A DNA stretch of 62,795 bases, counting the filler. It is 5 parts of 5 records of this genome, joined end to end, with 100 filler letters (N's around TTAATTAATTAA, not from the genome) between each part and the next. Parts side by side here need not be neighbours in the genome. Positions count along the whole stretch, not along the records: positions 31,437 to 50,140 come from SRR20825006_1052; positions 50,241 to 56,184 come from SRR20825006_1056; positions 56,285 to 62,795 come from SRR20825006_1085; 2 more parts are not named here. One strand, 5' to 3'. Both the position numbers and the translations under genes were made by a program. Of the stretch, positions 47,975 to 56,314 are shown piece by piece. Below the pieces are notes generated by a model. It worked only from the letters and a program-made list of their open reading frames with translations, was not told the origin of the DNA and searched no databases. Every line of letters starts with the position of its first letter. Positions within the stretch are counted from its first letter, which is position 1.

Positions 47975-48319
47975 ATGTCAGAAATGCAAAAGAAAAACGG
48001 TATGGCAGTAGCTGCCCTCGTTTTAGGAATTATTTCAATCGCGTTGTTTTTAACTGGATGGATAGCCGCTTTATGTGGTTTATTGGCGATTATTTTTGGT
48101 ATTGTTGCCCTCAACAAAGTTAAGGCGGATCCAGATTTGGCTTCAACTAAAGGCAAGGCTAAAGCCGGTCTAGTTATGGGGATTATCGGTCTAATCCTTG
48201 GAGTTGTTTGGACAATTATTGCTATCATGGCGGTAAATGCTGCGATGGAGGCTGGATTTGATCGTTTAAACAATATCGATCAGCAAGAGCTTAGCGATAT
48301 GTTCAATGAGAATAATTAA
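47975..48319 (+). CDS. DUF4190-family membrane protein
   Basis: NGMAVAALVLGI...G.ALN...GKAKAGLVMG. Confidence 0.8.
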   Translation: MSEMQKKNGMAVAALVLGIISIALFLTGWIAALCGLLAIIFGIVALNKVKADPDLASTKGKAKAGLVMGIIGLILGVVWTIIAIMAVNAAMEAGFDRLNNIDQQELSDMFNENN

Positions 48320-48337
48320 GATCAATTAATTAATATT

Positions 48338-48371
48338 AAAAGGGTTTCTTCGAAAGAAGAGACCCTTTTTT
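48338..48371 (+). terminator. Intrinsic terminator
   Basis: AAAAGGGTTTCTTC...GAAGAGACCCTTTTTT. Confidence 0.75.
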
Positions 48372-48434
48372 CATTTGAATTGCCTCTAAAAAGGAAATAT
48401 TTCTTATCTATGTGTTAACTATAAACCAATATTC

Positions 48435-48950
48435 ATGGAAGATTCTAAAGATTTACTCGATAATACGTCTACAGGCAATTATGTGTACACGCCACCAGCG
48501 CGACCTGTTTTTTTAACTGTTTTATGTATTCTAACATTTGTCGGCTCAGGTTTTGGTGTACTTGCGGCATTGTTTGGTTTATTGTTCTCTGGGGTAAACC
48601 AAGCATCCATGCGAATTGCTCAGCGACAAATGGACAATAACCCTCTCGGTGACGTTTTCGGATTTAATTTTGAAGAAATGGAACGCTGGACAACCTACTC
48701 GAACTGGGCAAACCTGATAGGAAGTGCTTTGTGCTTAATTGGAGCACTTATGATGTGGAAACTTAAAAAAGTTGGATTCTTCCTTTACATTCCAGGATGG
48801 ATTATTCCTGTGATTGTTAGCGCTTTTGCAATGCAATATTTGATGACTGGATGGCTAGCAAATTTTGGAGCGCTTGGTATAGCAATCAATGTTATCTTTG
48901 CCGCCGGTTTCATCATTATGTATGGTGTAAACTACAAGCATTTAAAATAA
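48435..48950 (+). CDS. Four-TM hypothetical membrane protein
   Basis: RPVFLTVLCILTF, GALMMWKLKKVGF. Confidence 0.75.
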   Translation: MEDSKDLLDNTSTGNYVYTPPARPVFLTVLCILTFVGSGFGVLAALFGLLFSGVNQASMRIAQRQMDNNPLGDVFGFNFEEMERWTTYSNWANLIGSALCLIGALMMWKLKKVGFFLYIPGWIIPVIVSAFAMQYLMTGWLANFGALGIAINVIFAAGFIIMYGVNYKHLK

Positions 48951-48955
48951 ATTGA

Positions 48956-49321
48956 ATGTCAGAATTAGACGATTTACTCGATCCAGGAGTTTCTGGAAGT
49001 AATAACACTGGTGGATATGAGTCCCAACAACCAGTTCCCAATGCAAATGCTGTCCTTGTACTAGGAATTTGCTCAATTGTCGGATGCTTCATGTATGGGC
49101 TTCCAGGATTGATTTGTGGCATAATAGCCCTCATTCTATTTAAAAAAGCGAAAGCTGTGAATGATACCAATCCAGCCAAGTACGAAGCTTCTTTTAAAAA
49201 TGCCAAAGCGGGTCAAATTTGTGCAATCATAGGAACTTCACTCTCAGCATTATTTTTCGCAGCTGCGATTATTTGGCTGATAGTATTCCTCTCATTTGTA
49301 AACAATTTATCACATTATTAA
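48956..49321 (+). CDS. CCC-motif/DUF4190-like membrane protein, paralog 1
   Basis: PNANAVLVLGICSI...GLICGIIAL...AGQICAIIG. Confidence 0.8.
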   Translation: MSELDDLLDPGVSGSNNTGGYESQQPVPNANAVLVLGICSIVGCFMYGLPGLICGIIALILFKKAKAVNDTNPAKYEASFKNAKAGQICAIIGTSLSALFFAAAIIWLIVFLSFVNNLSHY

Positions 49322-49343
49322 TAATCAATAAACTAATATCACT

Positions 49344-49703
49344 ATGTCAGAACAAAACGATTTACTAGATCCAGGAGTTACTGGAAATCAAAATACAAAC
49401 TACGGAGACCAACGCCCTGTTCCAAACGCAGGAGGGATCTTGGCCTTGGGGATTATATCGATTGCAACGTGCTGGTTGTATGGTGTTCCAGGACTTATCT
49501 GCGGATTAATAGCACTTGGGATGCATAAAAAAGCGAAAGCAACTTATAACTCAAATCCTCAGGTTTATCAAACCTCTTACAACACAGCAAAAGCAGGTTA
49601 CATTTGTGCAATCATCGGAACATGTCTTTCAGGATTATATTTCTTATTTGCTATTTTAATCATCATCGGAGTTGTGGCTGGCTCTTCTTACTCTAGATTT
49701 TGA
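49344..49703 (+). CDS. CCC-motif/DUF4190-like membrane protein, paralog 2
   Basis: Tandem paralog of 48956-49321. Confidence 0.8.
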   Translation: MSEQNDLLDPGVTGNQNTNYGDQRPVPNAGGILALGIISIATCWLYGVPGLICGLIALGMHKKAKATYNSNPQVYQTSYNTAKAGYICAIIGTCLSGLYFLFAILIIIGVVAGSSYSRF

Positions 49704-49978
49704 TAGAATGTAGCTGGAAAGCGCACTTTGGATTCGATTGCTTAACATGCGGTTTTCAACGTTCTTTTGTGCTTTTGTTTGAAGGAGATGTATTAGGTTC
49801 CATCAAAATGTTTCCCGCTACAATTCCTTTCATTCTTTGTGTTCTGGTAACAATTGGACACTTGAGTTTTAAATGGAAGAGAGGACCAAAAGCTGTTGTA
49901 ATACTGTTTTCTTTAAGTACGGCGATTATTGTCGTAAACTATATTGTAAAACTATCTACAGGAACAGCATTTCATTGA
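49700..49978 (+). CDS. DUF2752-family membrane protein
   Basis: C...GFDCLTCGFQRS motif. Confidence 0.8.
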   Translation: MIECSWKAHFGFDCLTCGFQRSFVLLFEGDVLGSIKMFPATIPFILCVLVTIGHLSFKWKRGPKAVVILFSLSTAIIVVNYIVKLSTGTAFH

Positions 49979-50005
49979 AAAATAAAATTTTACCTTAATA
50001 AAGTG

Positions 50006-50032
50006 AACGCTCAAGATTTCTTGGGCGTTTTT
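50006..50032 (+). terminator. Intrinsic terminator
   Basis: AACGCTCAAG...CTTGGGCGTTTTTT. Confidence 0.7.
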
Positions 50033-50110
50033 TGTTAGAAACATTTCTTTTCGACTACAATTGATTCTCTTGCTTTTGCTAACTTTGAATTTAACCAGAA
50101 ATCAAAGAAT

Positions 50111-50140
50111 ATGTCAGACGATAAAAAAGTCATTTTTTCA
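50111..50140 (+). CDS. ettA: 5' end of probable EttA ABC-F protein, truncated
   Basis: MSDDKKVIFS resembles the flavobacterial EttA N-terminus as recalled; TAACTTTG promoter at 50080-50087; only 10 codons visible. Confidence 0.55.
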
Positions 50141-50240
50141 NNNNNNNNNNNNNNNNNNNNNNNNNNNNNNNNNNNNNNNNNNNNTTAATTAATTAANNNN
50201 NNNNNNNNNNNNNNNNNNNNNNNNNNNNNNNNNNNNNNNN
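50141..50240. other. Artificial contig linker
   Basis: N run containing TTAATTAATTAA. Confidence 0.99.
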
Positions 50241-50241
50241 T

Positions 50242-50991
50242 GCGGTCGGCACATTTGCCAATATCGACCCGCAGGTCGAAGAACATGTTGCAGCCAAGCT
50301 TGGCCTGAAACCCGAACCGGTTTCAACCCAGGTGATCCCGCGCGACCGTCATGCCGCTTATTTCGCCGCCCTTGGCGTTATCGCATCCTCGGTCGAGCAT
50401 CTCGCCACCGAAATCCGCCACCTGCAGCGCACCGAAGTTCGTGAAGTTGAGGAATTCTTCTCAAAGGGGCAGAAGGGTTCGTCGGCAATGCCGCACAAAC
50501 GCAACCCGGTTCTGACCGAAAACCTGACCGGCCTTGCACGTCTTGTCCGTTCGATGGCGATCCCGGCCATGGAAAACGTCGCCCTGTGGCATGAACGTGA
50601 TATTTCGCATTCATCGGTCGAACGCAATATCGGCCCGGATGCGACCGTAACCCTCGACTTTGCTTTGATGCGCCTGACCAATGTGGTTGAAAACCTTGTC
50701 GTCTATCCGGAACGGATGGACGAAATCCTCAATCAGATGGGTGGTCTGGTCTTCTCGCAGCGCGTGCTGCTGACCCTGACGCAGCATGGCGTTTCGCGCG
50801 AAGATTCGTACCGCATCGTTCAGCGCAACGCGATGAAGGTCTGGAACCGCGAAGGCGATCTGTTGTCGCTTCTGAAGACCGATGCAGACGTTACCGCGAA
50901 AATCCCGATGGAAACGCTCGAAAGCCTGTTTGACCTTGGTTACCACACCAAGCATGTCGACACGATTTTCGCCCGCGTGTTTGCCGACTGA
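50242..50991 (+). CDS. purB: Adenylosuccinate lyase, 5'-truncated
   Basis: AVGTFANIDP, STQVIPRDRHA, GSSAMPHKRNP signature, WHERDISHS. Confidence 0.96.
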   Translation, partial: AVGTFANIDPQVEEHVAAKLGLKPEPVSTQVIPRDRHAAYFAALGVIASSVEHLATEIRHLQRTEVREVEEFFSKGQKGSSAMPHKRNPVLTENLTGLARLVRSMAIPAMENVALWHERDISHSSVERNIGPDATVTLDFALMRLTNVVENLVVYPERMDEILNQMGGLVFSQRVLLTLTQHGVSREDSYRIVQRNAMKVWNREGDLLSLLKTDADVTAKIPMETLESLFDLGYHTKHVDTIFARVFAD

Positions 50992-51014
50992 CGGTAGCAC
51001 CGCACACTAAAATC

Positions 51015-51045
51015 AAAGCCCCGGTCAATTTGCCGGGGCTTTTTT
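51015..51045. terminator. Bidirectional intrinsic terminator
   Basis: AAAGCCCCGG...CCGGGGCTTTTTT. Confidence 0.88.
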
Positions 51046-51048
51046 CGT

Positions 51049-51957
51049 TTACGGGTTTTGCGACAATGTCAGTTCCCGTGCCTCGCCCAGCAGCCAGTCG
51101 CGAAACAGCTTCACCTGACCGCGCAGTTCCCGGTTTTTTGGATGCACCAGATAGTATCCCGAAGGAACGGCCAGAACCTGTTCGGGGAACAGATGGACCA
51201 GCTTGCCTTCCATCACGTCTTCTTCGGCCAGCAATGGATTGGCCATTACCACACCCTGTCCGTGAATCGCGGCCTCGATTGCCATGGATGTCTGATCGAT
51301 TTCAATGCGCTTGATTGCGGCAATCTCGCTTGGGTTCATCCTGGCAAACTGGCCAAGCCATTCTTCCCACCAGTCATGCAGAATGTCGTTTAACAAAGTC
51401 GCACGCGCCAGATCGGCTGGATGCTCAAACCCCATGCGGTCGCGATAGGCCGGCGAACAGAATGCCGCCGCCTGACCGCGATAGATCAGGACGGATTCAA
51501 GTTTGTCGTCATTGCCGTCAAAATACCGCACGGCAATATCGACCGGATCGCGATCAAAATCCGTAAATTGCACCGACGACCCGACATGAAGTGACGTTGA
51601 CGGATAATCGATCAGGAACCGCGCCATCCGTTTGGAAAACCATTTCGCGGCAAAACTTGGCGGCATGACCACACGCACCGTATGTTCGCGCTGCCCGCGC
51701 AAATGCTGACTGGCATCGATGATCTGCAGCAAGGCGGGTGATATGCGCGCGGCATAATCAAGCCCGTCGGCTGTCGGTTTCACCTGCCGGACCGAGCGAA
51801 CAAACAGTTCCACCCCTAGCCAGTCTTCAAGCTTTCTGAGCTGCTGCCCGACGGCACCCGGCGTCACATTCAGCTCTTCCGCTGCACGAGAAAAACTATT
51901 CAATCGAATAGATGCCTCGAACGCACGCAAAGAATTGAGCGGCGGATATGAACTCAT
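51049..51957 (-). CDS. LysR-family regulator (GcvA-like)
   Basis: PPLNSLRAFEA...SFSRAAEELNVT HTH. Confidence 0.92.
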   Translation of the reverse strand: MSSYPPLNSLRAFEASIRLNSFSRAAEELNVTPGAVGQQLRKLEDWLGVELFVRSVRQVKPTADGLDYAARISPALLQIIDASQHLRGQREHTVRVVMPPSFAAKWFSKRMARFLIDYPSTSLHVGSSVQFTDFDRDPVDIAVRYFDGNDDKLESVLIYRGQAAAFCSPAYRDRMGFEHPADLARATLLNDILHDWWEEWLGQFARMNPSEIAAIKRIEIDQTSMAIEAAIHGQGVVMANPLLAEEDVMEGKLVHLFPEQVLAVPSGYYLVHPKNRELRGQVKLFRDWLLGEARELTLSQNP

Positions 51958-52054
51958 GATGCAGATTTTCTATTCCATGATCCAGATAACATGATTTGTA
52001 CGCCATTTGGACCGGACCTACAATCGCGACATGACCCCCACGAAAGTTCCGGCC

Positions 52055-52996
52055 ATGAAGAACAACGCATACCTCGTCTTTGGCTTTCTTGCCCTGTGCT
52101 GGGGCATGACCTTTTTGTTCAACAAAACGGCAAGCAGCCTGATATCGCCAATGCAGGTCGTGACCGTGCGGGTCATCATGGGCTTTCTGCCGGTTCTGGC
52201 ATTTGCGATGGCGCGCAAGGTGCTGCATTGGCAACATCTGCGCCATACGCATCATTTCATCGTCATGTCACTTCTCGCGGCCACCGTCTATTACCTTGCC
52301 TTTGCCAAGGGCATCTCGCTTCTGCCATCCAGCGTTGCCGGGATGCTAAGCGGTGTGATCCCGATGTTTTCCTTTATCGCGGCGGCGATTTTCCTGCGCA
52401 GCGAACCGGTCAATATCCGATCCATCATCGGATTGCTGTTTGGCTTTACTGGTGTCCTGATCATTGCAAAACCATGGGAATCCGGTGCGTCTGGTATTGA
52501 TCTGATGGGGGTTCTTTATGTCGCCATCGGGTCGGGCTGTGTCGGGCTTTCATTTGTTTATGTTCGCAAATTCCTAAGCCCGCTTGGCATTTCGCCAATT
52601 GCACTTTGCACTTATCAGCTTGGTATTTCGGCGGTAACGCTTCTGCTGATTTGCGATTTTTCCGGTATGGATGCGATCTTTACCAACTGGAAAATCGCCA
52701 CCGGCCTTTTCATCGGCCTTGGCATGTTTGGAACCGGCATTGCCTATATGTGTTATTACTTCCTGATCGGTAAACTGGGCGCTGTCAAAACCGCCGGGGT
52801 CACCTATATCCCGCCGGTCATCGGCCTTCTGACCGGCAGTCTGATTTTGGACGAACCGGTTTCCGCAACCGATATCGTTGCGACCGCAATGATCCTGTCG
52901 GGTGTCTTCATAATCCAGTCGGGCAGAACGCCGCCGTCATCTACAAACACGACATCACCGAATGTCCGGGCACACAACCTGCCCGAACGTGCCTGA
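52055..52996 (+). CDS. EamA/DMT-family transporter
   Basis: About 10 TM helices in two EamA repeats; start could also be 52031. Confidence 0.88.
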   Translation: MKNNAYLVFGFLALCWGMTFLFNKTASSLISPMQVVTVRVIMGFLPVLAFAMARKVLHWQHLRHTHHFIVMSLLAATVYYLAFAKGISLLPSSVAGMLSGVIPMFSFIAAAIFLRSEPVNIRSIIGLLFGFTGVLIIAKPWESGASGIDLMGVLYVAIGSGCVGLSFVYVRKFLSPLGISPIALCTYQLGISAVTLLLICDFSGMDAIFTNWKIATGLFIGLGMFGTGIAYMCYYFLIGKLGAVKTAGVTYIPPVIGLLTGSLILDEPVSATDIVATAMILSGVFIIQSGRTPPSSTNTTSPNVRAHNLPERA

Positions 52997-53015
52997 GACT
53001 CTCCATCTCATGGAC

Positions 53016-53050
53016 GGCACCCCCGCGTTGATCACGGGGGTGCCCTTTTT
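53016..53050 (+). terminator. Intrinsic terminator
   Basis: GGCACCCCCG...CGGGGGTGCCCTTTTT. Confidence 0.8.
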
Positions 53051-53056
53051 GGGTGG

Positions 53057-53755
53057 CTATTTTTCCGATGCAGCTTTGACAAAGGCCGTGATCAGCGGAT
53101 GATTTTCACCGCGCAGGGCGGATCGTTCCGGCTGAAATGCCGTGCCGATAAAGAAACGATGATTGCGCAACTCCACCGCACGTGGATCGCCATCTGCATC
53201 CCATGCCCCAATCTGCAACGCCTGCCCTGCCAGCAGCCCCGCATAATCACGATTAAACCCATAACTGCACCGATAGGTTTCAATCAGATGATCCGATCCG
53301 CAATAATCACGGATCAGGCTCCCCGCGGCCAAATCAATCGCGCCATCCTGATCAATCAATGCACAGGTTAGCGGCGCGATCAGCGGCAATTCCGCATCCG
53401 GATCAATTTCGGCATTCGCGGCATTGGAAAGCCCCAGAACATTACGCGCATATTCCAGAACCGCATGCTGATAGCCACCGCACGTGCCCAGAAAGGCAAT
53501 ATCGTTTTCACGCGCAAAACGGATGGCGGCAAGGGCACCTTCAAGACTTTCATACGGACTGGCCGGAACACACCACATCCCGTCATAGCCAGACAGTATC
53601 TGCCCCGCACCACCATCAAAACACGGCGTTGCGATCCAGTCATATTCAACGGGAATACCGATTTCGGCAGCCGCGATTCCAATAGCCTTGGGGATAGCCT
53701 GATGGGCAGTAACGGCGGGATTATAATCCCCGACAAGGGCGATACGGATGGTCAT
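53057..53755 (-). CDS. Stand-alone class I glutamine amidotransferase-like protein (CTP synthase C-terminal domain homolog)
   Basis: IALVGDY, FLGTCGGYQH, FQPER; no synthetase domain. Confidence 0.82.
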   Translation of the reverse strand: MTIRIALVGDYNPAVTAHQAIPKAIGIAAAEIGIPVEYDWIATPCFDGGAGQILSGYDGMWCVPASPYESLEGALAAIRFARENDIAFLGTCGGYQHAVLEYARNVLGLSNAANAEIDPDAELPLIAPLTCALIDQDGAIDLAAGSLIRDYCGSDHLIETYRCSYGFNRDYAGLLAGQALQIGAWDADGDPRAVELRNHRFFIGTAFQPERSALRGENHPLITAFVKAASEK

Positions 53756-53875
53756 TTCAGTTCCTCGTTTCAGGTGACATTACGAGGGGAGTAGCCCAAA
53801 CCGCCAAAGAAAAACGGCCCGTGAAATCACGAGCCGGGTTTCGAGCGTCAGATAGCGCTGCCTTTGACAAGCTTA

Positions 53876-54553
53876 CTACAAGTTTCCAGCGCGCGCCATA
53901 TCTTCAAGTGCGATTTTTACCGCCTGTGCACGGTTGGACACATGCAGTTTGCGGTAAATGTTTTTCAGGTGATATTTCACCGTAATTTCGCGCAGATCAA
54001 GATGCCGCGCGATATCCTTGTTCGGCCGCCCTTCGGCCAAATGCGCAAGAACTTCACGCTCCCGCGGTGTCAACCGGCTGAAATCGCCTTCGTTGCCAAA
54101 TCCGCCAGCCATGCGCGGTTCGCCGTCACTACCGCCGCCAAATCCGTCCCCCATGTCATTAAGGATAGAGGATGGCAGATATTTTTCGCCCGCCAGAACC
54201 AACTGGATCGCATTGGCAAGTGCCTGCCCGCGCAGTGTTTTGGGGATAAAGCCGTGTGCGCCATTTTCGATGGCATGACGTACATCTTCGCTGCGATAGG
54301 CACCGGAAAGCAAAACGACCGAGGTTGTTTTGGATGCCTTTTCAAGCGTGCGTTTAAGTCCCTCAAGCCCGTTCATGCCGGGCATGCGCAAATCCAGAAG
54401 CACCAGATCGAAATCATTCTGAGCTTCGATATGCTCCAGCGCCGGGTCAAGCGCCCCGGCTTCGACCACTTCACAACCTTCGAAATATTGCTGGAATAGC
54501 AGTGATAATGCTTCACGAACCAGATCGTGATCGTCTGCCAACAGGATACGCAA
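53876..54553 (-). CDS. NarL/LuxR-family response regulator
   Basis: ADDHDLVRE, DLRMPG, LTPREREVL...NKDIA. Confidence 0.93.
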   Translation of the reverse strand: MRILLADDHDLVREALSLLFQQYFEGCEVVEAGALDPALEHIEAQNDFDLVLLDLRMPGMNGLEGLKRTLEKASKTTSVVLLSGAYRSEDVRHAIENGAHGFIPKTLRGQALANAIQLVLAGEKYLPSSILNDMGDGFGGGSDGEPRMAGGFGNEGDFSRLTPREREVLAHLAEGRPNKDIARHLDLREITVKYHLKNIYRKLHVSNRAQAVKIALEDMARAGNL

Positions 54554-54711
54554 AGCCTTTACCCTTCTTTACCTGACCCACAACCATGCCCGAACATTAA
54601 CAAGCAAAACAACGCGTGGCTGCAACCAGAAATCTTTCTTGATCCGGGAACAGAATACGAAACCGGCTAATGGTTTGCAAATCCGAACTTTTTCTTATTT
54701 CGGGGAAACAA

Positions 54712-55032
54712 CTATTCCTCGAGCACTTCGGCACGTGCGATTGGGCGTAACGCTTCGAGTTTACGGTTAAGTTCGCTAACCGTCATATCGATATTGTGCC
54801 GTCCGAAATCGGCCAGAATCACCGAAATCACCCCGTTCTCCTGAGGATTTGCAATAACATCGCCGATGACTTTTGCAGCATAGGCCTGACTTTCGGCCTC
54901 GGTCATACCCATTTTATCGCCGGCCCAAACGGCAAGCTTTTTATAAAGGTGGGCCTCGATGCGGAAATTCTGTTCAAGATCAAAGCTGTATTTTGCCTCG
55001 AAACCGCGTTCGCGTTCGGTCAAATTCGTCAT
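54712..55032 (-). CDS. DUF1476 protein (alphaproteobacterial F1Fo-ATPase zeta inhibitor family)
   Basis: N-terminal ERERGFEAKY motif; GGAG RBS; near purB. Confidence 0.8.
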   Translation of the reverse strand: MTNLTERERGFEAKYSFDLEQNFRIEAHLYKKLAVWAGDKMGMTEAESQAYAAKVIGDVIANPQENGVISVILADFGRHNIDMTVSELNRKLEALRPIARAEVLEE

Positions 55033-55177
55033 GTGCGCACTCCTCCATCTGATTTGTTTTTTGGCGGGACGTTTCCCCGTTGTCCTTTATTTATGGACTG
55101 TACCACGTCATGTCACCGTGGTGCTGTGATACTTTTGAATTTGACAAATGCCGGTCCATGTCGCTTTGATCTGGGTC

Positions 55178-55957
55178 ATGTGTACATTTATCATTCTGCG
55201 CCGCCCCGACCATGAATGGCCGGTGATTATCGGCGCCAATCGCGACGAAATGAACAACCGCCCGTGGAAGGCCCCTGCCCGCCATTGGGAGGATCGCCCA
55301 GATGTTATCGCCGGACTGGATGAAACCGGCGGCGGAACATGGCTTGGCATCAACGAAGATGGCGTGGTGGCAGCGGTCCTGAACCGGTTTGGCACACTTG
55401 GCCCCGCCGACGACAAACGGTCCCGCGGGGAATTGCCGCTTGAAGCACTTGATCATGCCGATGCCATTGATGCCGCCCAGGCACTTGCCGAACTTGATGG
55501 CACAGCCTATCGACCGTTCAATATGGTGATTGCCGATAACCGCGATGCTTACTGGCTGGCCAATCGGGGGGATGGCAAAATTGAAATCACCGATATCCCC
55601 GAAGGATTGTCGATGATCACCGCCCATGACCTGAATGACAAGACCAACAGCGAGCGCACCAAACGCAACCTTCCGCGTTTTTTAACGGCACCGCCCCCCA
55701 ACCCCGAAGCCGATGACTGGTTTGCCTGGCAGGCGCTTCTGGCCGATACCGGCTTGATGGAACCCGATCCAGAACATCATGACATCCGTGCTGATGCCAT
55801 GCTGGTGCGCAGCAATATCGGGTTCGAGACGATCTGTTCTTCCCTGATCGGCCTTCCGGCCATTCCGACTCAGAAAAACGAACTGCCGCGCCGACCGGTC
55901 TGGCTGTTCGCCAATGGCCAACCAGACAGGGTTCCGTTTCACCCGGTTGAGATTTAG
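55178..55957 (+). CDS. NRDE/TANGO2-family protein (Ntn-hydrolase-like)
   Basis: MCT N-terminus, ANRDE, GGTWLG, SRGEL, PFN. Confidence 0.9.
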   Translation: MCTFIILRRPDHEWPVIIGANRDEMNNRPWKAPARHWEDRPDVIAGLDETGGGTWLGINEDGVVAAVLNRFGTLGPADDKRSRGELPLEALDHADAIDAAQALAELDGTAYRPFNMVIADNRDAYWLANRGDGKIEITDIPEGLSMITAHDLNDKTNSERTKRNLPRFLTAPPPNPEADDWFAWQALLADTGLMEPDPEHHDIRADAMLVRSNIGFETICSSLIGLPAIPTQKNELPRRPVWLFANGQPDRVPFHPVEI

Positions 55958-56184
55958 GCACCCCACTAATTTCGCCTCGCAACGCCCGGATTTGGCGGGC
56001 CATTTGCGCTGCAACAACCTGTCAGACGGACAGTTGCAAAATCCTATTATCAAGTCTGCGTAAATAGACCTACACGGCAATTGAGTTTCTGCGTCAGCAC
56101 TGCTATACGGGGGGCGCGATTTTCAGGGTGCTCGGGGACACTCCCCGCGAGCAAAGATGTGAAAGATCCCGCCAATGTCCAGAA

Positions 56185-56284
56185 NNNNNNNNNNNNNNNN
56201 NNNNNNNNNNNNNNNNNNNNNNNNNNNNTTAATTAATTAANNNNNNNNNNNNNNNNNNNNNNNNNNNNNNNNNNNNNNNNNNNN
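56185..56284. other. Artificial contig linker
   Basis: N run containing TTAATTAATTAA. Confidence 0.99.
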
Positions 56285-56314
56285 CTCTCTGGTCGTTCTG
56301 CGCGGGACGGGGTC

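Noticed and set aside
56175-56184. ATGTCCAGAA as the start of purC
   Set aside because: It fits purB-DUF1476-purC synteny as recalled, but three codons are too few to call.
9448-56284. TTAATTAATTAA repeated four times within N runs, with abrupt GC shifts at these points
   Set aside because: Artificial linkers between unrelated contigs, not biological repeats or island borders.
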